From positions 1 through 60,296 of IMG/VR virus record IMGVR_UViG_3300047160_011942: 60,296 nt of DNA, one strand, 5' to 3'. The notes under the pieces are model-generated. The model ran no database searches, was not told the origin of the DNA, and saw only the letters and a list, made by a program, of their open reading frames with translations. A program made the translations under genes and the position numbers. This DNA is from a virus. Numbering within the stretch: position 1 is the stretch's first letter; each line of letters begins with the position of its first letter. Positions 7,569 through 16,025 of this stretch are shown one piece after another.

Positions 7569-8974
7569 CCGTCTGGCACCCACGCGAGTACCAAAGCCTC
7601 ATGGTCAAGCACGGGTTCAACAACCCGCGCTGCGCCAAGTGGGCGGGCATGGGCATGGGCAAGACGAGCGAGACCTTGTGGTTCTTGGACACCCTGAAGG
7701 AGGCCGGTGAGGACCCGTTCCCGGCGCTCGTGACGGGGCCGCTGCGCGTGGCGCGCGACGTGTGGCCCGATGAGGCCAGGAAGTGGGAGAACTTTCAGCA
7801 CCTGCGCGTGCAACCGATCATCGGAGACCTCGTGGAGCGCAAGGCCGCGCTCCGAAACGACAAGGCGCACCTCTACACCGTGAACTACGAGGTGCTGCCA
7901 TGGCTCATCCATCACCTGCACGGCGCGTGGCCCTTCAAGACGGTGATCAACGACGAGGCCACGCGGCTGAAGAACCTGCGCATCCAAGGCGGCGGGGCGC
8001 GGGCGGCCGCACTCTCGCAGATCGCCTTCCACCCTGCGATCCGTCGCTGGATCGAACTCACCGGCGCACCCGCGCCCAACGGGCTCATCGACCTCTGGGG
8101 CCAGATCTGGTATCTCGATCAAGGCCAGCGGCTCGGCCGCACGTTCACCGACTTCCAGAACCGATGGTTCGGCTACCAGCGGGCCAAGGACGCGCTCAAC
8201 GCCAACCGCACGTTCGTCAAGCGCGTCGTGTTCCCGCATGCGCAAGCCGAGATCGAGGCGCTGCTGAAGGATATCTGCTTGACGGTCGATCCGGCCGACT
8301 GGTTTGATCTCGAGCAGCCCATCCACAAGACGGTCACCGTGAAGCTGCCCAAGATCGCGCGCTTCCACTACCGTGAGATGGAGAAGGAACTCTTCACGCA
8401 GATCAAAAACAAGGACGTGGAGGCATTCTCCACGGGTGGCAAGTCGATCAAGCTGCTGCAGATGGCTTCAGGATTTTCCTTCACGAAGCCCGACGCCAGC
8501 GAGTGGGAAGACCTGCACGACGAGAAGACCGAGGCCCTGAAGTCGATCATCGAGGAAGCGGGCGGCGCGCCGATCATCGTGGCCTACCATTTCCGGCCCA
8601 CGCTGTACAAGCTGCTGAAGGCGATCAAGGGCTCCGTCGACCTGAACACGCAGGCGGGGATGAAGGCGTTCAAGCTGGGCCAAGCCCAGGTCGGCATCGG
8701 TCACCCGCAGTCGATCGGGCACGGCACCGATGGCTTGCAGTACGTCTGCAACATCGTGGTGTTCTTCACGAGCTGGTGGGATCTCGATCCGGATCAGCAG
8801 TTCATTGATCGCGTGGGGCCGACCCGGCAGGCGCAGGCCGGCTTCAAGCGACCGACGTGGGTCTATCGGATCGTCGCGGAGAAGTCCGTCGACGAGGATG
8901 TCGTTGAACGCCTGACGAGCAAGCGCTCGGTGCAGGATGTACTACTTGAGGCGATGAAGCGCCGCGGAGGTTGA
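7565..8974 (+). CDS. SNF2/SWI2-family ATPase (helicase-like)
   Basis: TTG start after AAGGA, overlapping the upstream stop. GMGMGKTS (motif I), INDEATRLKN (DEAx motif II), C-terminal GPTRQAQAGFKRP (motif VI-like). Confidence 0.85.
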   Translation: MTVWHPREYQSLMVKHGFNNPRCAKWAGMGMGKTSETLWFLDTLKEAGEDPFPALVTGPLRVARDVWPDEARKWENFQHLRVQPIIGDLVERKAALRNDKAHLYTVNYEVLPWLIHHLHGAWPFKTVINDEATRLKNLRIQGGGARAAALSQIAFHPAIRRWIELTGAPAPNGLIDLWGQIWYLDQGQRLGRTFTDFQNRWFGYQRAKDALNANRTFVKRVVFPHAQAEIEALLKDICLTVDPADWFDLEQPIHKTVTVKLPKIARFHYREMEKELFTQIKNKDVEAFSTGGKSIKLLQMASGFSFTKPDASEWEDLHDEKTEALKSIIEEAGGAPIIVAYHFRPTLYKLLKAIKGSVDLNTQAGMKAFKLGQAQVGIGHPQSIGHGTDGLQYVCNIVVFFTSWWDLDPDQQFIDRVGPTRQAQAGFKRPTWVYRIVAEKSVDEDVVERLTSKRSVQDVLLEAMKRRGG

Positions 8975-8975
8975 T

Positions 8976-9278
8976 ATGCCGACTATGGGAACCGCCCCTC
9001 AGACCACTGACGTCGACACCGTGCTCGCGGAGCGCCGCTCGCGGTATGGGCCTTTCGTCGGGCATGCCAAGGTGACGCAGGATCTCAAACACACCATCGC
9101 TTGCGAACTCGAAGCCCGCGGCAAGATCATCTCCGATGACCAGCAAGAAGCTTTGGACATGATCTGTCACAAGATCGGGCGCATCGTGAACGGCGATCCG
9201 AATTACGCGGACTCGTGGATCGATATCGCAGGCTACGCCAAGCTGGTGTCCGACCGCCTGGAAGGGAAGACGCGATGA
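8976..9278 (+). CDS. Conserved phage protein (DUF6378-like)
   Basis: ICHKIGRIVNGDPNYADSWIDIAGYA motif recalled from a phage DUF family. The assignment is from memory only. Confidence 0.5.
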   Translation: MPTMGTAPQTTDVDTVLAERRSRYGPFVGHAKVTQDLKHTIACELEARGKIISDDQQEALDMICHKIGRIVNGDPNYADSWIDIAGYAKLVSDRLEGKTR

Positions 9279-9775
9279 TCGACTGGCTGATCCGCCGCGC
9301 GAAGCGCACGCCCTACTACCACCTCGATGGCTACATGAACCGTTGGTGGCTGGTGCCCTACAACGTGGTGATCACGCGCCGGGGCTGCGATAGCGCCGAC
9401 GGCACAGGGCCTGTCTCGTTCTGGCGCCGACCGCTCGCGTGGGTCTTCCAGCGATTCGACATCGCGATCCGCATCCACGAGCTGCTGCGTGCAGATCGTG
9501 GACGCCACCCGCACAATCATCCCTGGCCCTACTGGTCGGTCGTGCTGAAGGGCGGCTATCTGGAAGAGGTCTATGACGCGCAGGGCGCGCTCATCGGCAC
9601 GGTGTGGCATGGGCCGGGATCGGTGTTCCGTCGGCCAGCGGATTCCTGGCACAAGATCGTCGACGTCGATCCGGGGACGACCACGCTGTTCATCACCGGC
9701 AAGAAGGCCCAGACCTGGGGGTTCAACGTGGACGGCGTTGTCGTGCCGTACTACGAATACGCCGGCGAGCCTTGA
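9275..9775 (+). CDS. Cupin-like metal-binding protein (HxHxHPW family)
   Basis: ATGA overlap with the upstream gene. GRHPHNHPWPYWSVVLKGGY plus PADSWHKI resemble the two cupin His motifs. Confidence 0.55.
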   Translation: MIDWLIRRAKRTPYYHLDGYMNRWWLVPYNVVITRRGCDSADGTGPVSFWRRPLAWVFQRFDIAIRIHELLRADRGRHPHNHPWPYWSVVLKGGYLEEVYDAQGALIGTVWHGPGSVFRRPADSWHKIVDVDPGTTTLFITGKKAQTWGFNVDGVVVPYYEYAGEP

Positions 9776-9799
9776 CACCCAAGCCCTGATGCGTATCAT
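9772..9799 (+). promoter_or_regulatory. Sigma70-like promoter candidate (TTGACA-N16-TATCAT)
   Basis: TTGACA at 9772-9777 and TATCAT at 9794-9799. Sits at the start of a 530-nt poorly coding spacer preceding the transferase island. Confidence 0.45.
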
Positions 9800-9986
9800 C
9801 TGATACACACCCCTAGGAGACTGCCATGCTCCCGCTGCCTGCCTCGATGCGCTTGCCCGATGACTTGCCGAACCACGCCGGTCTTGGGCGGCCGAACCGC
9901 CTGCTGCCCCCACCCCGCGTGGTGACGGTCGGCGATTAGGACTGCTACGAAACGGATCCGGTCGGCAAGATCGATCAGTTCACGGT

Positions 9987-10049
9987 CCGCGGCCCGGTGA
10001 TCCGTGGCCCCGGTTCAACGCCACGATCGACGGTATCACCGGGCCGCGG
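9987..10049. repeat. Perfect 15-bp inverted repeat (ccgcggcccggtgat / atcaccgggccgcgg), 33-nt spacer with an inner 5-bp stem
   Basis: Read directly: arms at 9987-10001 and 10035-10049. Ends one nt before the TTG of ORF 10050. Confidence 0.7.
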
Positions 10050-10308
10050 TTGCCGCGTGACCTGACCTTGGAAGACATCGAACGCCATCTGCTGGTCGCG
10101 AAGGGCTTCCGTCGCAGCGTGCTGCGGCACGAGATGAAGGTGCGCGTGGCGCGTGTCACGGTATCCACCTCAACCGTCTTTCACGAGTCTATCGCGATCT
10201 CAAGCTTGACCGACCATCAGCTGCATGCCGCGTATCAGTGCGAAACACGAGACGACACGTTGCGCCGGCTGCTGCACAACGAACGCTTCTACCGCCAGGA
10301 GCTGAGAC

Positions 10309-10959
10309 GTGAACTCAACAAGCAAGCTACCGGACTGGCGCAACAAGACCGTGCTGATCGCAGCCTCGGGGCCGTCTCTTCCCTCACTGCTGCCCCGCGA
10401 ACCGCTCCCTTCCAATACCAGGATAGTCGCGATCAATGCGAGTTTCAGGCTGCTGCCCAACGCGAACTTGATCTTCATGGCGGATCATCGGGCGGTGCAG
10501 TGCTATCACAGCGAATGTTTGAAAAGCTGTCCCGGGAGTGCGCGATGGACAGCAACGCCGCTGATCGCGGAGCAGCTGCAATGGAATTTGCTGAGGACAA
10601 TGCATGGCGTCGGTCTATCGAAGGCTGACTTCGCGTACGCCAACGGCAACTCGGGATTCGAGGCCATCAATCTGGCCTACCTGACCGGCGCTCGCCGCGT
10701 GCTGCTCGTGGGCTTCGACATGAAGCCGGGCCCGAGCGGCGAGCGTCACTGGCACGACGACCACCCAGCGCCGCTGCTGCAGTTCCAGCCGTTCGACGAC
10801 TGGATCCGCAACGCGGTCAAGCTTGCCGCCGAGTGCACGACGGCGGGCTTGGAAGTGATCAACTGCACCCCCGGCAGCGCGCTGACCGCGTTCGCGATGG
10901 GCGACTTGAAGGAGGAACTGGAACGTGCTTGCGATCCTGAAAGAGAAGCTGATACCTAG
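10309..10959 (+). CDS. DUF115 / GT42-like (Maf- or sialyltransferase-like) Rossmann transferase
   Basis: GTG start with AGGAG 8 nt upstream. N-terminal KTVLIAASGPSL as in GNGPSL-type CMP-sugar transferases and DUF115. NGNSGFEAINLAYLTGARRVLLVGFD. Confidence 0.6.
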   Translation: MNSTSKLPDWRNKTVLIAASGPSLPSLLPREPLPSNTRIVAINASFRLLPNANLIFMADHRAVQCYHSECLKSCPGSARWTATPLIAEQLQWNLLRTMHGVGLSKADFAYANGNSGFEAINLAYLTGARRVLLVGFDMKPGPSGERHWHDDHPAPLLQFQPFDDWIRNAVKLAAECTTAGLEVINCTPGSALTAFAMGDLKEELERACDPEREADT

Positions 10960-11173
10960 CGGTCAGCGGACGATTGACGCCGTTGAACTGTGGGAGGTTC
11001 GATGGTTGTCGACATGCAACATCAGTAGTGGCGGTTTCGCTTACACGAAGGAGCATGTGGAAGCCTTCCCCACAGAGCAGGCCGCGAATGATTTCAGGCA
11101 GGCGCTGTATGCGGCCTACGCTTTGCTGAAGTCGCCTTCGGATAGAGTGAGCATGCAGAAGGTCACGCCTTAA
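10925..11173 (+). CDS. Hypothetical small protein (lower-GC segment)
   Basis: GTG-start ORF overlapping the upstream 3' end. No recognisable motif. Confidence 0.4.
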   Translation: MLAILKEKLIPSGQRTIDAVELWEVRWLSTCNISSGGFAYTKEHVEAFPTEQAANDFRQALYAAYALLKSPSDRVSMQKVTP

Positions 11174-11174
11174 A

Positions 11175-12023
11175 ATGCCCCGCGCCCTGATCCTCATTCG
11201 CGCTGAGCCTATGTACCGTAGGTCTGCATTCGTCGCAGGCCTCGAGCGGCTGGGCTACAAGATCGAGCCCTACAAGACGCCGCTCACGGGCCCGCAGATG
11301 CCGCGCATGACGCCGGAGTCGACGGACGACGTTCTCGTTCTCTGGAACCTGAAGCGCGGCTACGATGAGGCCGCGGCACGCCGGTTCGAACTGGAAGGCG
11401 GCACGGTGCTGGTGGTCGAGAACGGCTACCTCCAGAAGACGGACAAGTCCTACTACGCGATCAGCACGCACGCGCACAATGGTGCTGGCTGGTACCCCGT
11501 CGATGCGTCGATCGATCGCTTCGGCCCTCTGGGCTTCCAGCAAAAGCCCTGGCTCATGGGTCGCGAGCACATCCTGATCTGCGCCCAGCGTGGTGTGGGC
11601 TCGGCCGAGATGGCCTCGCCGCTCGATCACCACGTGCGTGCCAAGACCTCGCTTGATCGGATCTTCGGCGGCCAGCGGGAAGTGCGCATGCGCATGCACC
11701 CCGGCAATTTCGTACCGCAGGTGCCACTCGAGGCGGATCTGGCGCGGGCGTGGGCTTGCGTGGGATGGTCGACCGCCTCGGGTGTTCGCGCGCTCGTGGA
11801 GGGCGTGCCGGTCTTTCAGGATTCGCCACATTGGATCTGCGCCGACGTGGCGCGACGCGTGGCCACCCTCAAGCGCGACACTCCGATGCCGGGCTTCTCG
11901 TTCGAGAAGGTCAGCGAATCGCTGAATAGAATGAGCTGGGGGCAGTGGAAGACGGAAGAGATCGAGGCCGGAACTCCTTTCGACCTGATGCGTTCACAAG
12001 GATGGGGGCCGAGGTGGCTTTGA
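11175..12023 (+). CDS. Glycosyltransferase-like, capsule-synthesis (KpsS/KpsC)-type GT-B C-terminal fold
   Basis: VRMRMHPGN ... ACVGWSTASGVRALVEGVPVF resembles the HP... and S-t-x-G-x-EA-x-x-G-x-PV signature. Paralogous to 12196-12930. Confidence 0.6.
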   Translation: MPRALILIRAEPMYRRSAFVAGLERLGYKIEPYKTPLTGPQMPRMTPESTDDVLVLWNLKRGYDEAAARRFELEGGTVLVVENGYLQKTDKSYYAISTHAHNGAGWYPVDASIDRFGPLGFQQKPWLMGREHILICAQRGVGSAEMASPLDHHVRAKTSLDRIFGGQREVRMRMHPGNFVPQVPLEADLARAWACVGWSTASGVRALVEGVPVFQDSPHWICADVARRVATLKRDTPMPGFSFEKVSESLNRMSWGQWKTEEIEAGTPFDLMRSQGWGPRWL

Positions 12024-12205
12024 TCGCACTCCGGATCCTCGTCAGCGTGTCATTTGCCATCGGATGCGATGTGCTTTATTTTCGCTATGTCATGCGCGAT
12101 TGGCGTGTTAATTTTTCCGACTACGTATTCTTGGTCGCCTACGGTACAGTGATAGCAGTGGTCGTCTACTTCTTCCTTTTGGGAGTTCACCTACCGTGGC
12201 TCTGA
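12002..12205 (+). CDS. Small two-TM membrane peptide (AT-richer segment)
   Basis: ALIALRILVSVSFAIGCDVLYF and FLVAYGTVIAVVVYFFLLGV hydrophobic spans. Start uncertain (ATG 12002 or GTG 12014). Confidence 0.35.
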   Translation: MGAEVALIALRILVSVSFAIGCDVLYFRYVMRDWRVNFSDYVFLVAYGTVIAVVVYFFLLGVHLPWL

Positions 12206-12930
12206 TCGCGTGCCCCGTCCCCGGCAAGGCGAAGTCCGCCATGCTGTGCGCGGCCTTCATCGAAGGCGCGCCGCGTAACGCCGAGGGGTTTGTATTCGCG
12301 GGCGTGAAGGCCGGCAACCACGCGCAGTGGCTGCACGCACGCGGCATGGGCGTGGACTGGTACTACGTGGACAACGCGTACATGGACGCGACCCGCGCCA
12401 CGCACTTCCGCGTCACGAAGAACCGGCTTCAGCACGGCGGCCGTGGGCAGACCAACGGCAAGCGGTTCGCTGCGACTGGCGTCAAGATCCAACCGTGGGT
12501 GAGTCGTCCCGACGGTTACGCGCTGGTGATCCAGCAGTCGCTTGACCACTACAAGCACGTGCTGGGGCTCACGGGCGATTGGCTGGCGCCCACGGTCAAG
12601 CGGCTCGTGGACCCGATCAAGGTCCGCTTCTGGGAGGCCAACAAGCCGCAGATCGCGGACTCGTTCAAAGAGGATCTCGCCGGCGCGCGTCTGCTGGTCA
12701 CGCACACGTCGGCCGCAGCCGTAGAGGCTGTGCTGGCCGGTGTGCCGGTGTACTGCGAACCGGAGTGCGCGGCGTGGGACTGGGCGATCGGCAGGAACCT
12801 GATCGCGTGGGATCAACACAATGCAGGGTTCGACGATCGCCTCAACTGGGCGGGAGTCCTCTGCGATCAGCAGTGGACCGTCAACGAAATGAAAGCAGGC
12901 ATGGCATGGCGAACGCTCAACCCGACGTGA
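12196..12930 (+). CDS. Glycosyltransferase-like, paralog of 11175-12023
   Basis: GTG start. PWVSRPDGYALVIQQS / VRFWEANKPQ / LLVTHTSAAAVEAVLAGVPVY align by eye with the upstream paralog. Confidence 0.6.
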   Translation: MALIACPVPGKAKSAMLCAAFIEGAPRNAEGFVFAGVKAGNHAQWLHARGMGVDWYYVDNAYMDATRATHFRVTKNRLQHGGRGQTNGKRFAATGVKIQPWVSRPDGYALVIQQSLDHYKHVLGLTGDWLAPTVKRLVDPIKVRFWEANKPQIADSFKEDLAGARLLVTHTSAAAVEAVLAGVPVYCEPECAAWDWAIGRNLIAWDQHNAGFDDRLNWAGVLCDQQWTVNEMKAGMAWRTLNPT

Positions 12931-13478
12931 AGGGCCGCTGGTTCGGCGGAGACCGCACGATCGAGCAGCAGATGATGGGCCTCGATCGGCTGTTCGCCGA
13001 TGTCGAAGGTAAGAGCGTGCTGGACGTCGGTTGTGCCGAAGGGCTCATCGCCATGGAGTGCGCCAAGTCGGGCGCGGCGATGGTGCGCGCCGGCGAGATC
13101 CGCAAGGACGCTGTGGCCTGGGCGCGCCACCACCGCGAGCATGACAAGCTGCTCAAGCACAAGGACATCATTTTCTGGGAGCAGGACGCCAACGTCTGGC
13201 AGCCGCAGGCGAGCTACGACATCGTGCTGATGCTGGCCGTGCTGCACAAGCTTGAGGATCCGAGTGCGGCCTGCAAGCGCTTCGCCCGCGTGGCGCGCGA
13301 TCTGGTCGTCATCCGGTTGCCACCGGGACACGCACCCACTATCATCGATAGCCGTTCAGGGAACGTTCCGCACGACATCGACACCGCGGTACTGACCAGC
13401 GGTTTCTACCTCGAACATGCCGGCTACAACGGCCCGTTCGGTGAGTGGGTCGGCTACTACCGGAGGCGCAGTGCCTAA
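12906..13478 (+). CDS. Class I SAM-dependent methyltransferase
   Basis: Motif I VLDVGCAEG, then DIVLMLAVLHKLEDP (post-II/III). Internal ATG chosen because the upstream part of the ORF is Arg/Gly junk overlapping the previous gene. Confidence 0.8.
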   Translation: MANAQPDVKGRWFGGDRTIEQQMMGLDRLFADVEGKSVLDVGCAEGLIAMECAKSGAAMVRAGEIRKDAVAWARHHREHDKLLKHKDIIFWEQDANVWQPQASYDIVLMLAVLHKLEDPSAACKRFARVARDLVVIRLPPGHAPTIIDSRSGNVPHDIDTAVLTSGFYLEHAGYNGPFGEWVGYYRRRSA

Positions 13479-13980
13479 AGACCTGATCGCGGAATACAGC
13501 CGCATCGCGAAGCTCGGGGGCAACTTCCGGGGTTTGGCGGTGCTGCAGCACGCGGACGTCATCGCCGAGTTGTGCCGGCAGTACCACCCCAAGACGCTGC
13601 TCGACTACGGCTCGGGGGCCGGTGACCAGTACAAGATCCACAAGGTGCACCACCGCTGGGGTGTCAAGCGCATCGACATCCGCTGCTACGACCCGGCGTT
13701 CAAGAATACCGCCAGTCGCCCGGACGGCAAGGTGTTCGACGCGATCATCTGCTCGGACGTGCTGGAGCACCTACGCGAAGCCGATGCGATGGAGGCGATC
13801 GAATGGATGGTGGCGCACGCACGCAAGTTCGTGTGGCTGAGCGTGTGCTGTCGTCCTGCCAAGAAGCTCTTCGATGACGGCGAGAATATGCATGTCACCG
13901 TCAGGCCATTCGAGTGGTGGAGGTCCCGGATACCCCGAATGAGCAGTGAACCCGAGACCTACGTCACGGAGACGCCATGA
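13471..13980 (+). CDS. Class I SAM-dependent methyltransferase (second)
   Basis: GTG after GGAGG. LLDYGSGAGDQY (motif I), DAIICSDVLEHL. Confidence 0.75.
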   Translation: MPKDLIAEYSRIAKLGGNFRGLAVLQHADVIAELCRQYHPKTLLDYGSGAGDQYKIHKVHHRWGVKRIDIRCYDPAFKNTASRPDGKVFDAIICSDVLEHLREADAMEAIEWMVAHARKFVWLSVCCRPAKKLFDDGENMHVTVRPFEWWRSRIPRMSSEPETYVTETP

Positions 13981-14267
13981 GCAAGCCGTTGATCGTGGCC
14001 GCCGTGTTGCGTCCCGGAACGTTCATCTTCCAGCCGAACCCCGATGGTCTGGGCCACATTTTCCAGATGGATCGCGAATGGGCTTTCGCGTTCACCGAAG
14101 ACCCCGCCACGCTCAGTCCGGAGATGCAACAGAAGGTGCTGATCACGGGTGCGATCCTCTACATGGCCAAGCAGCTCGGCCTCGTGCTGGGATCGTCCGA
14201 CGAAGCAAGCCCGGATCTCGATGCCGAGCGCGCGGCGGCCGACATCATCGCCACCGCCAAACGATGA
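13977..14267 (+). CDS. Hypothetical small protein
   Basis: ATGA-coupled ORF. No motif recognised. Confidence 0.5.
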   Translation: MSKPLIVAAVLRPGTFIFQPNPDGLGHIFQMDREWAFAFTEDPATLSPEMQQKVLITGAILYMAKQLGLVLGSSDEASPDLDAERAAADIIATAKR

Positions 14268-15016
14268 CCTACGAGGCCGTCACCACGTGCAGTGCCCAAG
14301 GCTGGCAGGAGTACGGCTGCCGGATGGTGGCCACCTACCGCGAGTTCTGGCCAGCATCCGTGCCCCTCGTGCTGTACTCCGAAGGCATGATTCGCAACGA
14401 GCAACCGCGCTCGATGCCGCCCTGGCTGTTCGCGTTTCGCGAGCGCCACGCCCGCAGCCCCAAGGCTCGCGGCTATCCGGTGGGCAGCTACAACTACCGC
14501 TTCGATGCGATCCGCTTCGCCTACAAGACGGCCGCCGTGATCGACACGCTCGAACGCTCGACGGCGGACACCATGATCTGGATCGACGCCGATACGGTGA
14601 CGCATGCGCCCGTCAGCGAAGGCTTCCTTGACGAACTGGCGCCTACCGGTTCCGAGGCCTTGTCGTGGCTCAACCGCGCGAAGAACTACCCCGAGTGCGG
14701 CTTCTACATGATGCAGCGCCAGCACCCTGCCATCAAGGCGCTGCTGCGCCATTGGAAGGAGCTGTACCTGCACGACACCTTGTTCCACCTGCCCGAGTGG
14801 CATGACAGCTACGTGCTGGCCGAACTCGTCAAGCTGCTGCAGGTGCCGTGGAAGTCCATCTCGGGCGCCGGCATCGCCACCGGGCACCCTTTCATCAACG
14901 GTCCGTTGGGCGCGGTGATGGATCACCTGAAGGGGCCACGCAAGGGGTACGGCAAGAGTAAGCTTCACGATCTGAAAGTGAAGCGCAACGAGGCCTACTG
15001 GAGGAACGCGACGTGA
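14264..15016 (+). CDS. GT-A-like glycosyltransferase with DxD motif
   Basis: ATGA-coupled internal ATG. MIWIDADTV (DxD), ECGFYMMQ. The upstream part of ORF 13946 is out-of-context Arg-rich sequence. Confidence 0.6.
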   Translation: MTYEAVTTCSAQGWQEYGCRMVATYREFWPASVPLVLYSEGMIRNEQPRSMPPWLFAFRERHARSPKARGYPVGSYNYRFDAIRFAYKTAAVIDTLERSTADTMIWIDADTVTHAPVSEGFLDELAPTGSEALSWLNRAKNYPECGFYMMQRQHPAIKALLRHWKELYLHDTLFHLPEWHDSYVLAELVKLLQVPWKSISGAGIATGHPFINGPLGAVMDHLKGPRKGYGKSKLHDLKVKRNEAYWRNAT

Positions 15017-15696
15017 GAGTCATCATCGGCGCCGACAGCCGCGAGCCAGAAGCCACGCGTGTGGCGCTGAAGACGTTGCGCGAGACCTCGGGCATCGAGG
15101 GTGAGGTGCTCAACGTGCCGAAGCTGCGCGACCAGGGCCTGTTCACACGCGTGGAGGACACCCGCGGCCGCCGCTACGACTTCGCGAGCCAAGCCTACTG
15201 CTCCACGGAGTTCGCGAATGCGCGGTTCCTCGTGCCGCTGCTTGGGTCAGGCTTCGTGCTGTTCACGGACTGCGATGTGGTCTTCCAGCGCAATGTCCGC
15301 GACTTGCTCGTGGAGGTGAAGACACAGCACGCTGTGTCGGTCGTGAAGCACCGATCCGCCCAGCAGGGGTATGGCTTCCTCAAGATGGACGCTCAACCGC
15401 AGCAGGAGTACAGCCGCAAGAACTGGTCGAGCGTGATGCTGTTCAACTGCGATCATCCGGCCAACCGTCGACTATCGCTACGCGACGTCAATGAGCGGCC
15501 GGGCCGCGATCTGCACGCCTTCTACTGGCTCAACGACCACGAGATCGGTGCACTCGATCCATGCTGGAACTGGCTGGTGAACGCGCAAGACAAGCCTGCT
15601 GGCAAGGGCATCGCGCACTTCACTCTCGGCGGCCCCTTCACGCCGGGATGGCAGGGCGCCTCCCATGACGAGATCTGGCTGGAGGCAGCGAAGTGA
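15013..15696 (+). CDS. GT8-like glycosyltransferase
   Basis: GTGA-coupled. VLFTDCDVVF (DxD), NWSSVMLFN (NSG-V-M-L-like), AHFTLGGPFTPGW (H-x-x-G-x-x-KPW-like). Confidence 0.7.
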   Translation: MRVIIGADSREPEATRVALKTLRETSGIEGEVLNVPKLRDQGLFTRVEDTRGRRYDFASQAYCSTEFANARFLVPLLGSGFVLFTDCDVVFQRNVRDLLVEVKTQHAVSVVKHRSAQQGYGFLKMDAQPQQEYSRKNWSSVMLFNCDHPANRRLSLRDVNERPGRDLHAFYWLNDHEIGALDPCWNWLVNAQDKPAGKGIAHFTLGGPFTPGWQGASHDEIWLEAAK

Positions 15697-16025
15697 ATAT
15701 CGTCTCGCTCGCCGAAGCCCGCGATGCGCGGGACCCTCACTCGAGTGGCCGGGCCATCTGTTGCGCGTGCGGTCACGAGTGGATCGCGGTCGTGAAAAAC
15801 GCACCGCAGGGCGAACGCATCACATTCTTCGATTGCCCGAAGTGCGGCACGATCCGAGGACAGTTCAAGGATCAGTTTGGCGTGCCTAAAGATACGTTGG
15901 TGTTTGAGTGCGGCGACTGCGGGTCGACGCTCTTTCGGGTCTACAAGCACCCTGCGGATGGCACCGTGTGTCTGCTGTGCGCGGGCTGCGGCTCCGATCG
16001 CAACGCCATGGATCTGTTTTCGTGA
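15693..16025 (+). CDS. Multi-CxxC zinc-ribbon protein
   Basis: CCACG, CPKCG, CGDCG and CAGCG pairs. GTGA-coupled. Confidence 0.55.
   Translation: MNIVSLAEARDARDPHSSGRAICCACGHEWIAVVKNAPQGERITFFDCPKCGTIRGQFKDQFGVPKDTLVFECGDCGSTLFRVYKHPADGTVCLLCAGCGSDRNAMDLFS

Noticed and set aside
10050-10628. 192-aa ORF as a confident gene.
   Set aside because: It overlaps 10309-10959 by 320 nt in another frame, and only its first third looks protein-like. It is kept as a finding rather than a feature.
13946-14263. N-terminal extensions of ORFs 13946-15016, 12579-13478, 2448-3425, 7442-8974, 15908-16513 and 47931-48689.
   Set aside because: The extensions are low-complexity Arg/Gly sequence overlapping the preceding genes. 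Internal starts give ATGA/GTGA coupling and intact domains.
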